Positions 41,909-51,995 of a stretch of DNA of 64,000 bases are shown here, piece after piece. Position 1 is the first letter of the stretch, and every line of letters begins with the position of its first letter. The stretch spans positions 5,440,001-5,504,000 of the forward strand of contig CAVTTN010000002.1 of NCBI GenBank assembly GCA_963737655.1, read 5' to 3'. The DNA is from an uncultured Planctomycetota bacterium. Its GTDB lineage: Bacteria > Planctomycetota > Planctomycetia > Isosphaerales > Isosphaeraceae. A model generated the notes under the pieces. It ran no database searches. It was not told where the DNA came from and was given only the letters and a program-made list of their open reading frames with translations. The translations under genes and the position numbers were made by a program.

Positions 41909-44572
41909 TCAACGGGCCGGGCCCTTGCCGGACTGGTGTTCTTGTAGGGCCTTGAGGTCGATCGGGCTCTTCGGGTTGGCCGCCAGGACGCGTTGCTGGT
42001 GGCCGATCGCCTCCGAGAGGAGGGCGGAGGCGCGGGCCGCGTCGGGCTCGTGGCCGGCGAGGCGGCCGAGGACCCGGCCCATCAGGCTGTGGTATTCGGT
42101 GTTCCGGTCGTTGTCCTTCAGGAGGGCGCCCAGGAGGCCGCGGGCTTCGTTCAGGTCGGCGAGGGCATCGGCCTTGCGGTCGAGGAGGTCGAGCGTCTCG
42201 GAGCGTCGGAGGAGGACCTCGGCGAGCTCCCGGCGGAAGAAGGTGATCGAGGGCACCTGCGTCTGAAGGTCGCGGAGCCGGGCGACCGCCTGGGTCTGGT
42301 CCTCCAGGGCGGAGGCGCGACGGGCCGGGTCGGCCGAGGCGAACCGGGCGGGCCAGGCCAGGGCCTGGGCCAGACGGTACTGGCGGGCGAGGTCTCGGGG
42401 TTGTTCCTTCGATCGTCGTTCGGCCAGGGCCCGGGTTTTCTGGAAGACGGGGAGGGCGTCGGCCTCTCGGCCGGCTTCGGCGTGGAGGGCCCCGAGGAAC
42501 AAGAGGGCCTCGACCCACTCGTCGCCGTCGGTCACCAGGGCGTCGCCCAGCCCCTCGAACAGACGGGCCCCGTCGGCGGCGGGGGTTTCGGCCTCGCCCG
42601 GCCGTCCGGTCCGGAAGAGGGTGAAGGCCAGGTGGAGCGAGGCCCGGGCCCGGAGCCGGCGGACGTCCGGCGAGTCGCGGACCTCGGGCCGGAGGCGGTC
42701 GGCCACGGCGAGGATCTCGCGATACCGGGGCTCGGCGTCCCCCAGCTTCCCTTCGAGGAAATCCAGGGTCGCGAACTCGCCGAGGACCTCCGCCCGGGCG
42801 ACCTCCAGAGGAGTGGTGTCCCCGGGGTGGTTCCGTCGCAAGAAATCCAGGGGCAGGAGCGCGTCATTGAGGAGCGAGCGGGCCACGCCGATCTGGTCGG
42901 TGATCCTCCGGAGGTTCGCCAGCCGGCGATAGGTCCGCGAGACCTCGACCTGCATCGGGATGCTGGTCCGGCCGAGCTTCTTGAGCTCGCGGACGTGATT
43001 CTGGGCTCGGTTCGCGAACTTTTCGCGGGTGTTCTGGCCCTGGGCGTCTCGCCCCAGGTCGATCTCGGCGATGCCGAAGATCTCGTCCAGCAGCTTCGCG
43101 TCCTCTCGGGCGAGCGTCTCGATCTCGTTCCGGGCGTTGACGGCCTCCTGCCTCTTCTCCTCGGTCCGGCCCTTCTCCCGGTAGATCAGGGCCGAGCCGA
43201 TCCCCAGGGCGAGGACCGAGGCGACCAGCAGGACGATCGTCCCGGCCACGGCCGGCTGATGGTGCCGGGCCCATCGGGCGGCCCGGGCGGGCCACGGCTC
43301 GCGGAGGGCGGACACCGGCTCGTCGGCCAGCCATCGTCGGACCTCCTCGCCCACCTCCTTCGCCGTCTCGTACCGCCTCTCGGGCTGCGGGTCCATCGCC
43401 TTCAGGCAGATCGCCTCCAGGGCCGGCGGGATCGAGCCGTCCAGCGACCGCGGCGACGGCGGCCTCGCCTCGATCGCCAGGCGGATCACCTCCGCCGAGC
43501 TCCCGCCGTCGTACGGCGGCCTGCCGGTGAGGACCAGGTACAGAAGGGCGCCGAGGCCGAAGACGTCGCTTCGCTGGTTGATGCGCGGGCGGTCTCCGGC
43601 GGCCTGCTCCGGCGGCATGTAGTTGGGCGTGCCGATCGCCTGGCCCGGCTCGGTCGCCCCTCGCGTGGAGTCCGGCCCGCGGTCCTCGCCCGGCGCCGCC
43701 TCGGCCAGAGGGTCGTCGGGCCGGTCGAGCCGCTTGGCCAGGCCCCAGTCGAGCACCACCACCTCGCCATACGGCCCCAGCGCCACGTTCTGGCCCTTGA
43801 TGTCCCGGTGGATCACCCCCCGCGAGTGCGCGAACGCCACCGCGTTGCTGACCGCGACGAACGACTCGAGAAGGACGCGCAAACCGGCCTTCGTGGCCCC
43901 GGGGTCGAGCTTCCCGGCGTGGTGGTCGCGGACGGCGTCCTTGAGCGTCTTTTTGCCCAGGAGCCTCATGCTGTAGAACGGCCGTTCGGTCCACTCGGAC
44001 AGGTCGTGGACCGGGACGATGTTGGGGTGCTCCAGCGAGGCGGCGACCCGGGCTTCCTCGAGGAATCGGGCCTCCAGGCCGGGCGAGAGGGCGCGGTCGG
44101 GCCTCAGGTCCTTGACGGCGACCTCCCGGCCGAGGACCGAGTCCCACGCCCGCCAGACCCGGCCCAGGCCGCCTCCGGCGTGGAACACCGGATCGCGATA
44201 CCTGGAGCCGAACTCCTGGTCGTTCCCCCCGAGATCGCCCGCCCCCTCGGCGGCGTGGCCGTCGATCGTGGGGAGCTGCGACAGGGCGATGTCGCCGGAG
44301 TCGGACGGGTCGGGACGATCCTCGACCAGGCCGAGGCGGCCGTCTCCCCCGGGGGCGACCGTGCTTCGAGCGGCCCCGTTGGTCTCCTGGAGGGCGTGCT
44401 CGACGGTCGAGACCTCCTCGTCGGACAGCCATCGGTGCTCGGCGAGGACCTCGGCCAGCGTGCTCGACGGCCGGGACAGCCATTGCTCGACGGCCTCGGC
44501 CAGTTGGCTCGGGTCGATCAGCCCCTTCTTCAGCGCGAGCAGGCCGAAACGGAGGTTGCGGTCGGCGTCCAT
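41909..44572 (-). CDS. Membrane Ser/Thr protein kinase with C-terminal TPR region (kinase A)
   Basis: GGGLGRV, VAVK, RFLEEA, LEHPNIV, HRDIKGQN, DWG, GTPNYMPPEQ, SDVFGLG; TM after WARHH; TPR-like helices. Confidence 0.93.
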   Translation of the reverse strand: MDADRNLRFGLLALKKGLIDPSQLAEAVEQWLSRPSSTLAEVLAEHRWLSDEEVSTVEHALQETNGAARSTVAPGGDGRLGLVEDRPDPSDSGDIALSQLPTIDGHAAEGAGDLGGNDQEFGSRYRDPVFHAGGGLGRVWRAWDSVLGREVAVKDLRPDRALSPGLEARFLEEARVAASLEHPNIVPVHDLSEWTERPFYSMRLLGKKTLKDAVRDHHAGKLDPGATKAGLRVLLESFVAVSNAVAFAHSRGVIHRDIKGQNVALGPYGEVVVLDWGLAKRLDRPDDPLAEAAPGEDRGPDSTRGATEPGQAIGTPNYMPPEQAAGDRPRINQRSDVFGLGALLYLVLTGRPPYDGGSSAEVIRLAIEARPPSPRSLDGSIPPALEAICLKAMDPQPERRYETAKEVGEEVRRWLADEPVSALREPWPARAARWARHHQPAVAGTIVLLVASVLALGIGSALIYREKGRTEEKRQEAVNARNEIETLAREDAKLLDEIFGIAEIDLGRDAQGQNTREKFANRAQNHVRELKKLGRTSIPMQVEVSRTYRRLANLRRITDQIGVARSLLNDALLPLDFLRRNHPGDTTPLEVARAEVLGEFATLDFLEGKLGDAEPRYREILAVADRLRPEVRDSPDVRRLRARASLHLAFTLFRTGRPGEAETPAADGARLFEGLGDALVTDGDEWVEALLFLGALHAEAGREADALPVFQKTRALAERRSKEQPRDLARQYRLAQALAWPARFASADPARRASALEDQTQAVARLRDLQTQVPSITFFRRELAEVLLRRSETLDLLDRKADALADLNEARGLLGALLKDNDRNTEYHSLMGRVLGRLAGHEPDAARASALLSEAIGHQQRVLAANPKSPIDLKALQEHQSGKGPAR

Positions 44573-44783
44573 CGTCGGCTCCCACCGGCCCCAAACGGGT
44601 CTCGATCCGATCGCGGAGGTTACGAGAGTAAACGAGCCGACGCTCCGCCGCAATCGGCAGAAAACGGCCGAATTTCCTTGATTCGGGCGAGGCGCAGCCC
44701 TTACGGTAGTTTCGGGCGGCGACGAGGCCGCCCGCGCTTCGAGTTCCAGTGAGATCGAGCAACCGATTGACCGGGAGGGTCCC

Positions 44784-45542
44784 ATGCCAGCGCCGGGTGT
44801 GTATTACTTCGTCGTGAGGAATGGGTGTCTGCTCGCCAGCGAGACGGGCCGCGAGAACCCGATCGTAATCTATGGACATGGGTTCGACCCGGTCTCCGCC
44901 CATTTCAAGGTCCACGGCGAAGGGATCGACTTCCACGACTTCAAGGCCCTCGTGGTCACCGACGCGGAGTTCCACGGGTCGTTCGTAGCCCAGATCTGCA
45001 AGGGCGAGAATCTCCCGGCCTCGGTGAGTCTGAAGGTGTGGGTCTCCAACGGCCACGGCCAACGGAGCCAGGATACCGACGTCGTCGCCCTGCACGACGC
45101 CGCCGCCTCTCCGTCGGACGGGGAGTTCGATGAGGACGGCCCCGAGTCCGTCGGGCGGAGGCCGCAGGACCGCCGGCGCGTCGTCACGAACCCCTGTACC
45201 GTCACGTTCTCCATGCCCCCCTCAGACCAGATCGTCTACGGGACCGACGCGACCCCGCAGGACAATAACATCCGCATCGAAGGCGAGAACTTCCAGTCCA
45301 CGGACACGTTCACCTGCTCTTCGTTGGTCGCCAACCTGAGTGCACCGAAGGTCACCTCGAACGACGGTTACACGATCATGGGTAAGTTCAAGGCGGGCTC
45401 GGGGTACGGCAGCGGCGACATGACGGTGACGGTCACCAACTGCAACACGGCGGTCCGCCACGGCGTTTCCACCAGGGCCGCACAAACCCAGCTTTCCTCC
45501 GAGGAGGAGATCCTCGTGGTCGAGGTTGAGGACGGCCGTTGA
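44784..45542 (+). CDS. Two-domain IPT/TIG-type protein 5
   Basis: GGAGG RBS; PAPGV...IVIYGHGF...LKVWVSNG, then IRIEGENF...GDMTVTVTN; no signal peptide. Confidence 0.68.
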   Translation: MPAPGVYYFVVRNGCLLASETGRENPIVIYGHGFDPVSAHFKVHGEGIDFHDFKALVVTDAEFHGSFVAQICKGENLPASVSLKVWVSNGHGQRSQDTDVVALHDAAASPSDGEFDEDGPESVGRRPQDRRRVVTNPCTVTFSMPPSDQIVYGTDATPQDNNIRIEGENFQSTDTFTCSSLVANLSAPKVTSNDGYTIMGKFKAGSGYGSGDMTVTVTNCNTAVRHGVSTRAAQTQLSSEEEILVVEVEDGR

Positions 45543-45581
45543 AGACGCTCCCCCGGACCCCTTCCCGCGAGGTTCCCACCC

Positions 45582-46316
45582 ATGCCCGCGCCTGTCGTTA
45601 GCGGTTTCACGGTCAACTCCGGGACGCTGGTCGCCTCGCCGACCGGATCGACCAACACGATCACGATCTTCGGGTCGAATTTCGACCTGGCGGACTCGAC
45701 GTTCAAGCTCACCGGAGGGGGCGTCGCGTTCTCGGGCTACGTCGTCACGTCCCGGACGGCGATGCAGATCAAGGGCACGTTCCTGGCCTCGGTGGCGTCG
45801 TCGCCGTCGCCGTCGCCGGGCTTCCTGATGGGGACGAGCTCGGATGCCGACCTGGTGGTGACCGTCACCAACGGGTCGAGCAGCCTGGACCAGCCCACCC
45901 CGGTGGCGGTGCCGACGGTCCACCCGGTCTTCCCGGAGGACGAAGTTTATCCCAGGGTGGCCGGGGGCAGTCCCGGCAACTCGTTCTCCCTGAACGGGGC
46001 CGTCCCCCCGGCCACGGGGACGCTCAATTATTCGACCATGGCCCCGGCGGCGAATAACTCGGTGACGATCACCGGCTCGGGCTTCGGCGCGTCGCCGGGC
46101 GGTTCGCTGTCGTGCTCGGCCGGCGGGTTCACGTTCTCGACGCCGGCGGTCGCATCGTGGTCCGATACCCAGATCCGCGCGAGCTTCACGGCGATGAAGG
46201 CCGGGCCGAACGAGTACAACGACTCCGACCTGACGATCACGGTCACCAACGGCGCGGGCATCCCGATCCTGGAGCAGGTCCCGACGAAGCTGGTCAACCC
46301 GCCGGGCAATGCCTGA
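45582..46316 (+). CDS. Two-domain IPT/TIG-type protein 6
   Basis: PAPVVSGF...TITIFGSNF...DLVVTVTNG, then SVTITGSGFG...SWSDTQI...DLTITVTNG (classic IPT signature). Confidence 0.8.
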   Translation: MPAPVVSGFTVNSGTLVASPTGSTNTITIFGSNFDLADSTFKLTGGGVAFSGYVVTSRTAMQIKGTFLASVASSPSPSPGFLMGTSSDADLVVTVTNGSSSLDQPTPVAVPTVHPVFPEDEVYPRVAGGSPGNSFSLNGAVPPATGTLNYSTMAPAANNSVTITGSGFGASPGGSLSCSAGGFTFSTPAVASWSDTQIRASFTAMKAGPNEYNDSDLTITVTNGAGIPILEQVPTKLVNPPGNA

Positions 46317-46331
46317 AGTCCGCCGCGGGGT

Positions 46332-48964
46332 TCATGGACCCGGCGGCGTCGGCCCGAGGCGGCGGAGGTCTTCCTCGATCCTCTGGGCGGTGGCGCGGTC
46401 CTCGGGGTCGGCCGGCTGGAGTTGGAGGGCCTTCGCCTCCTGGAGCCAGGCGGAGGCGCGATCGGTCCGGTGGAGGTCCAGGGCCAGGCGGGCCCGGGCC
46501 TCCAGGGCCCGGGCGAGCTCGCCGTCGAGGGTGCGGACCTTGGGGAAACGAACGCGGAGGTCCTTCAGCATCTCGGCCTCTCGGCGGAACTCGTCGTCGG
46601 CCGCCTCGGGCTGGCCCGAGTCGATCAAGAGCCGGCCCTTGTCGTCGTGGGCCTGGGCCAGGTTCAGGCGGAAGTGGATCACCTGCGGCCTGTCCTCGAC
46701 GATCGCGGCGATCTCCCCGATCGCCCGGTCGAACAGTCCGCTCGCCTCGGCCCGGGAGGCCGGCTGAAGGGCCAGGGCCCGGCCGAGCTCCACTCGGGAC
46801 ATGGCCAGGAGGAACCGGACGTCCACGCCCGGGGCGCCCCGGGCCGCCTCGGACTCCGCCCAGGCCAGGGCGCGGCGGAGCATCCTGGCCGAGTCGTCGA
46901 GCCGGCCCTCGGAACGGTAGATCGCGCCCCTCTCCTTCAGGCTCAGGGCGGCCACGAGCCGATAGGGCCTGTCCGGGGAGTCCAGGTCCGGCAGGAGCCG
47001 CTCCAGGGCCTGGTCCATCAGGGCACCGGCCTCGGCGGCGCGGCCCTGGCGAGTGAGCAGGCTGGCCCGGTGGGCCAGGATCCGCCCCTCGGTCCGGCGG
47101 TAGTTGGGTTCGTCGGGGATGAACCGCCGGAGCTCGCCGATGATCGCGCCGGCCTGGCGATACTCCTCGGCGGCGGCGGCGCGATCGCCTTTGCGGTCCC
47201 ACATCGTGCCGAACTCCAGGTGGAGCTCGGCCAGGCGGTCGCGGTCCCCGGGGGTCATCTGGTCCTCCGGGGCGATCTCCCTGGCCAGCCGGATGGCCTC
47301 GAAGTAGTCGATCCGGGCGAGGTCGAACTCGAAGGTCATCCGGTGGAGGTTCCCGGCTTCGAGGAAGAAGTTCAGGGCGACCTTCTTGACCCGGGCATCC
47401 TCGTCATTGAGCTGCGTCAGGGCCTTGCCGACCCGGGCGAGCCGGTTGGCGACCTGGGTGCGGACGCCCTCGGCGTCGGGCAGCAGAGGCAAGTTCTCGC
47501 GGAGCAGGCCGAGCGTCTCGGACAGGCCATCGAGCGAGGAGTGGAGGGTGCCCACGGCGGCCTTGCGGGACTCGTCCGCCCGGTAAGCCGCGTCGCTGGC
47601 CTTCTGCGTCTCCAGGCCGAGCCGCCAGGCCCCCAGGGCCAGGGCGACCGTCGCCGTGATCAGGATGGCCGTGCTCCCGGCCATCATCGACTGGTGATGC
47701 CTCGCCCACCGCGCCGCCCTGTCGATCATCCGGCCCGGGTACGCTTCGACCGGCTCGTCGGCCAGCCATCGTCGGACCTCCTCGCCCACCTCCTTCGCCG
47801 TCTCGTACCGCCTCTCGGGCTGCGGGTCCATCGCCTTCAGGCAGATCGCCTCCAGGGCCGGCGGGATCGAGCCGTCCAGCGACCGCGGCGACGGCGGCCT
47901 CGCCTCGATCGCCAGGCGGATCACCTCCGCCGAGCTCCCGCCGTCGTACGGCGGCCTGCCGGTGAGGACCAGGTACAGAAGGGCCCCCAGGCCGAAGACG
48001 TCGCTTCGCTCGCCGATCCGCGGGCGGTCTCCGGCGGCCTGCTCCGGCGGCATGTAGTTGGGCGTGCCGATCGCCTGGCCCGGCTCGGTCGCCCCTCGCG
48101 TGGAGTCCGGCCCGCGGTCCTCGCCCGGCGCCGCCTCGGCCAGAGGGTCGTCGGGCCGGTCGAGCCGCTTGGCCAGGCCCCAGTCGAGCACGACCACCTC
48201 GCCATACGGCCCCAACGCCACGTTCTGGCCCTTGATGTCCCGGTGGATCACCCCCCGCGAGTGCGCGAACGCCACCGCGTTGCTGACCGCGACGAACGAC
48301 TCGAGCAACGCCCGGAGCCCCTTCGCCGAGCGCCCCCGCCGTCCTTGCGGTGGTGGTCGCGGACGGCGTCCTTGAGCGTCCGGTCCCCCAGGAGCCTCAT
48401 GCTGTAGAACGGCCGTTCGGTCCACTCGGACAGGTCGTGGACCGGGACGATGTTGGGGTGCTCCAGTCCCGCCGTCACCCGGGCTTCCTCCAGGAATCGG
48501 GCCGCCAGGCCGGGGGTGAAGGCGCGTTCGGGCCGGAGGTCTTTCAGGGCGACCTCCCGGCCGAGGACCGAGTCCCACGCCCGCCAGACCCGGCCGAGCC
48601 CTCCGCAGGCGTGGAGCCTCAGGTCGCGATAGCGCGAGCCGAAGCCCCGGCCGTCGGCCTCGTCGTCCAGGCCGGCGGCGACCGCCGACCCGCCCGAGGG
48701 AGACCAGTCCTTCGTGGATAACTCCGAGGGGGAGTCGGCCCGGGACGAGTCGTCGGGATGGGTGGATCGGCCCTCGTCGTCGAGCTCATGCTCCACGGTC
48801 GAGACCTCCTCGTCGCTCAGCCAGCCGCGATCCCCAAGGACCTGGGCGAGCGGTCGCTCCGGGCAGGCCAGCCAGTCCTCTCCGGCCTCGACCAGTTGTC
48901 CCGGATCGATCAGGCCCCGGCGGACGGCCATCAGGCCGAATCGGAAGTTGCGGTCGGCGTCCAT
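46332..48964 (-). CDS. Membrane Ser/Thr protein kinase with C-terminal TPR region (kinase B; frameshift near 48335)
   Basis: Same MDADRN start and kinase motifs as kinase A; TM after WARHH; divergent TPR region. Confidence 0.9.
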
Positions 48965-49454
48965 CGTCGGCTCCCGGGGCGGTCTCGGGGGAAGGCCGGG
49001 CGGGATCGGCTTTCACCCCGTCGGCGACGTCCCCGCCAACCAGGATAACCGTCGCAGGCCGCCGGACGGAGGAGAAAGTCGGAACGGATTGGGGCCGATC
49101 GGGCACTGACCCTGGATTCCGGAGATCGGCGCGACGGGAAGCCGCATGGAGGATGCCGCCGTCCTCGAACCGGCGAGGCGAAGAGGCCCTCTCGATCGCC
49201 CCCCGGGCCTCTTGCGGCTCCGCCACCCCGGTCCTCGACCCGGGGGAGCCGAATCGAGGCGACCCCGGAACGAAATCGCCAGAATCCCGGGCCCGACCCG
49301 GGGCGATTCGACGATTCCCCGGAGAGACCGCCCGATTGACCGCGCGGAACGGGTGCCGTACATTCCAGTTCCTGCCTCGCGACGATGGATCTGATCCTCC
49401 GCCTCGCGTCGTTCCGCGTCCTGCCGCCTCGCTCCCCAGAGGAGTCTACCCCTC

Positions 49455-50732
49455 ATGACGGGTCCCAATCGTCGGACGTTCCTCGCCAGCGCCGGCTCGG
49501 GGGCCGCGGCCCTGGCGCTGCCCTCGCTGGCCCGAGCTTCCGTCGGGCCGAATGACCGGATTCACGTCGCCGTCCTGGGCATCCGCAGCCGGGGGCAGTC
49601 GCACATCGACGCCTTCACCAAGCACAAGGAGACCGCCGTCGTCGCCCTGGTCGACCCGGACAGCCGCCTCTTCGCCGGGTCGAGCAAGAAGGTCGAGGAC
49701 CGCTCGGGCAAGGCCCCTCAGCTCGTCTCGGACCTCCGGCGGATCATGGACGACAAGGCCATCGACGTCGTCTCGATCGCCACGCCCAACCACTGGCACG
49801 CGCTGGCCTCCGTCTGGGCGATCCAGGCCGGCAAGGATGTTTACGTGGAGAAGCCGGTCAGTCATAACGTCAGCGAGGGGCGGAAGATCGCCGACGCCGC
49901 GAAGACGCACAACCGGATCGTCCAGGCCGGGACGCAGAACCGCTCGTCCGAGGGCGTGAAGTCGGCGATGGAGTTCCTCCACTCGGGCAAGCTCGGCAAG
50001 GTCTACCTGGCCAAGGGCCTCTGCTACAAGAGGCGCGACTCGATCGGCCACAAGGCGGATGCGCCGGTGCCCGAGGGGGTCGATTACAACGTCTGGCTCG
50101 GCCCCGCGCCGGAGAAGCCGTTCAACCCGAACCGCTTCCACTACGAATGGCACTGGAACTGGGACTACGGCGGGGGGGACATCGCCAACCAGGGCATCCA
50201 CCAGATGGACCTCGCCCGCTGGGGCCTGAACAAGGGGCTGCCCGACCACATCGTCTCCTCGGGCGGCCGATACGGCTACCAGGACGACGGCGAGACGCCC
50301 AACACGCAGGTCGCCGCGTTCAAGTACGACGATTGCCTCCTGGAATTCGAGGTCCGCGGCCTGCCCACCAACGCCGAATCCGGCGTGAAGGTCGGCAACC
50401 TGTTCTACGGGACAGAAGGCGTGCTCGTCCTGAACGAAGGCAAGTGGGAGACATTCCTCGGCCACAAGAACGAGCCCGGACCCAAAGGCCAGGGCCACGG
50501 AGGCGGCGACCACTTCGCCAACTTCATCGAGGCCGTCAAGGCGCGAGACCCGAAAAAGCTAAACGCGGAGGTCGTCGAGGGGCACCTCTCCAGCGCCCTC
50601 TGCCACCTCGCGAACATCTCCTACCGCCTCGGCCGCGCCCTGAAGTTCGACCCCAAGGCCGAAAACTTCGGCGGAGACTCTGAGGCGAACGCCATGCTGA
50701 CCCGAGAATATCGGTCGCCGTTCGCGATGTAG
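49455..50732 (+). CDS. Gfo/Idh/MocA oxidoreductase with Tat signal
   Basis: NRRTFL, ATPNHWH, DVYVEKP, GTQNRS, WLGPAP and NQGIHQMD motifs. Confidence 0.94.
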   Translation: MTGPNRRTFLASAGSGAAALALPSLARASVGPNDRIHVAVLGIRSRGQSHIDAFTKHKETAVVALVDPDSRLFAGSSKKVEDRSGKAPQLVSDLRRIMDDKAIDVVSIATPNHWHALASVWAIQAGKDVYVEKPVSHNVSEGRKIADAAKTHNRIVQAGTQNRSSEGVKSAMEFLHSGKLGKVYLAKGLCYKRRDSIGHKADAPVPEGVDYNVWLGPAPEKPFNPNRFHYEWHWNWDYGGGDIANQGIHQMDLARWGLNKGLPDHIVSSGGRYGYQDDGETPNTQVAAFKYDDCLLEFEVRGLPTNAESGVKVGNLFYGTEGVLVLNEGKWETFLGHKNEPGPKGQGHGGGDHFANFIEAVKARDPKKLNAEVVEGHLSSALCHLANISYRLGRALKFDPKAENFGGDSEANAMLTREYRSPFAM

Positions 50733-50898
50733 GGTGCATGAAATGCACCACCCACAATGCGGCGGGCCTCGCCCGCCTCCCGCTCTCGACCACGCCTCAT
50801 AAGGGCCATTCTGGAGCAAGGTAGGCGGGCGAGGCCCGCCGCATTGTGGGTGGTGCATTTCATGCACCCTACACGACGGTGCATTTCATGCACCCTGC
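50729..50898. repeat. REP family 1 REPIN-like element with an extra tandem arm
   Basis: Inverted arms plus a third copy ggtgcatttcatgcaccctgc after a 5-nt spacer. Confidence 0.92.
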
Positions 50899-50899
50899 A

Positions 50900-51940
50900 T
50901 CACTTCTTCGCCCAGGGGCTTTGCGGATAGAGCTGCTTGAGCCGCTCGTGGACCTCGGCGGCCCGGCCGTCCTGCTTGATCTCGGTGAAGAGCTGCTCGA
51001 TCATGGCCAGGGCCCGGGGGTGCTGCTCCTTGTCCTTATCGAAGAGGACGTCGGTCTTCAGGTAGGCGAGGAGGGCGTCTTTCCTCCGGCCGGCGGCCCG
51101 GTAGCAATCGCCCAGGGTGTTGTGGGCGAGGGCCTGGACGTCGGCGGCCTCGGGCGGGGCCTCCTTGATGACCTCCTGGACGTTCGCCAGGGCGTCGTCG
51201 TACTTCTTCTGCATGACGAGCGCCTCGGCCTTGGCGAGCTTGGCCTCGCGGGCCTGGGCCGAGCCCTTGGGGGCGGTCAGCAAGATCTTGTCGAGCCCGG
51301 CGATGGCCAGGTCGGGCTTGCCCGACTTCGCCTGGACCCTCGCCTTCAGGACTCCGACCCGGCCCGAGGCGGTCGTGACCTTCTCCGAAAGCTGAGAGAG
51401 GGCGGCGTCGGCCTTCGCGGTCTCCCCTTTCTGGAGGCTCAGGCGGATGATGAGCTCCAGGGCCGGGCCGAGCTGGCGGGCGTTCGGGGCGGACTTGACG
51501 AAGGCGTCGAGCTCCTCCAGGGCCGAGGCCGCCTTGGTCGGGTCGGCCAGCGCCTCCTCGGCCAGGATGTTCGCCCTCTTGAACCGGGCGGACTGGGCGA
51601 TGTAGGGCTTGGTGGCGGCCTCGGTGGCGGCCTTCTTGTAGAGGTCGGCGGCGTCCTTGAGCTGGCCGTTGTTCTCGCGGGTCTCGGCCAGGGCGTAGCT
51701 CGGCGGGGCGCCGTCATAGGTCACGTCGGCGATCTGATCGACGGGGACGAGCTGATCGGCGCCGACGGCCGGCTTGATCTTCACCTCGGCGGGGGTCTCC
51801 GTGGAGATCTGCCCGCGGATTCGCCCGCCTGCGGCCTTGACGGTGGAATTGGGGATCAGCACGATTTCATCGGCCAGCGCGAGGGTCGAGAGGCCGACGG
51901 TCAGGCCGAGGGACAGGCACGCGGCGGTTCGCCGAGTCAT
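50900..51940 (-). CDS. Secreted TPR protein
   Basis: Signal peptide ending ALA-DE; TPR helices; AHNTLGDCY, ALLAYLKTDVLF and LKQLYPQSPW. Confidence 0.85.
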   Translation of the reverse strand: MTRRTAACLSLGLTVGLSTLALADEIVLIPNSTVKAAGGRIRGQISTETPAEVKIKPAVGADQLVPVDQIADVTYDGAPPSYALAETRENNGQLKDAADLYKKAATEAATKPYIAQSARFKRANILAEEALADPTKAASALEELDAFVKSAPNARQLGPALELIIRLSLQKGETAKADAALSQLSEKVTTASGRVGVLKARVQAKSGKPDLAIAGLDKILLTAPKGSAQAREAKLAKAEALVMQKKYDDALANVQEVIKEAPPEAADVQALAHNTLGDCYRAAGRRKDALLAYLKTDVLFDKDKEQHPRALAMIEQLFTEIKQDGRAAEVHERLKQLYPQSPWAKK

Positions 51941-51995
51941 GACGGGGGGTCCTTGGGTCGGTTTTTCGGGCGAGGCCGGTCCTCGCCGAGTTCCA

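Noticed and set aside
43314..48305. Kinase duplication as a DGR
   Set aside because: The repeat covers the conserved catalytic core, the mismatches are not confined to adenines, and no reverse transcriptase is present.
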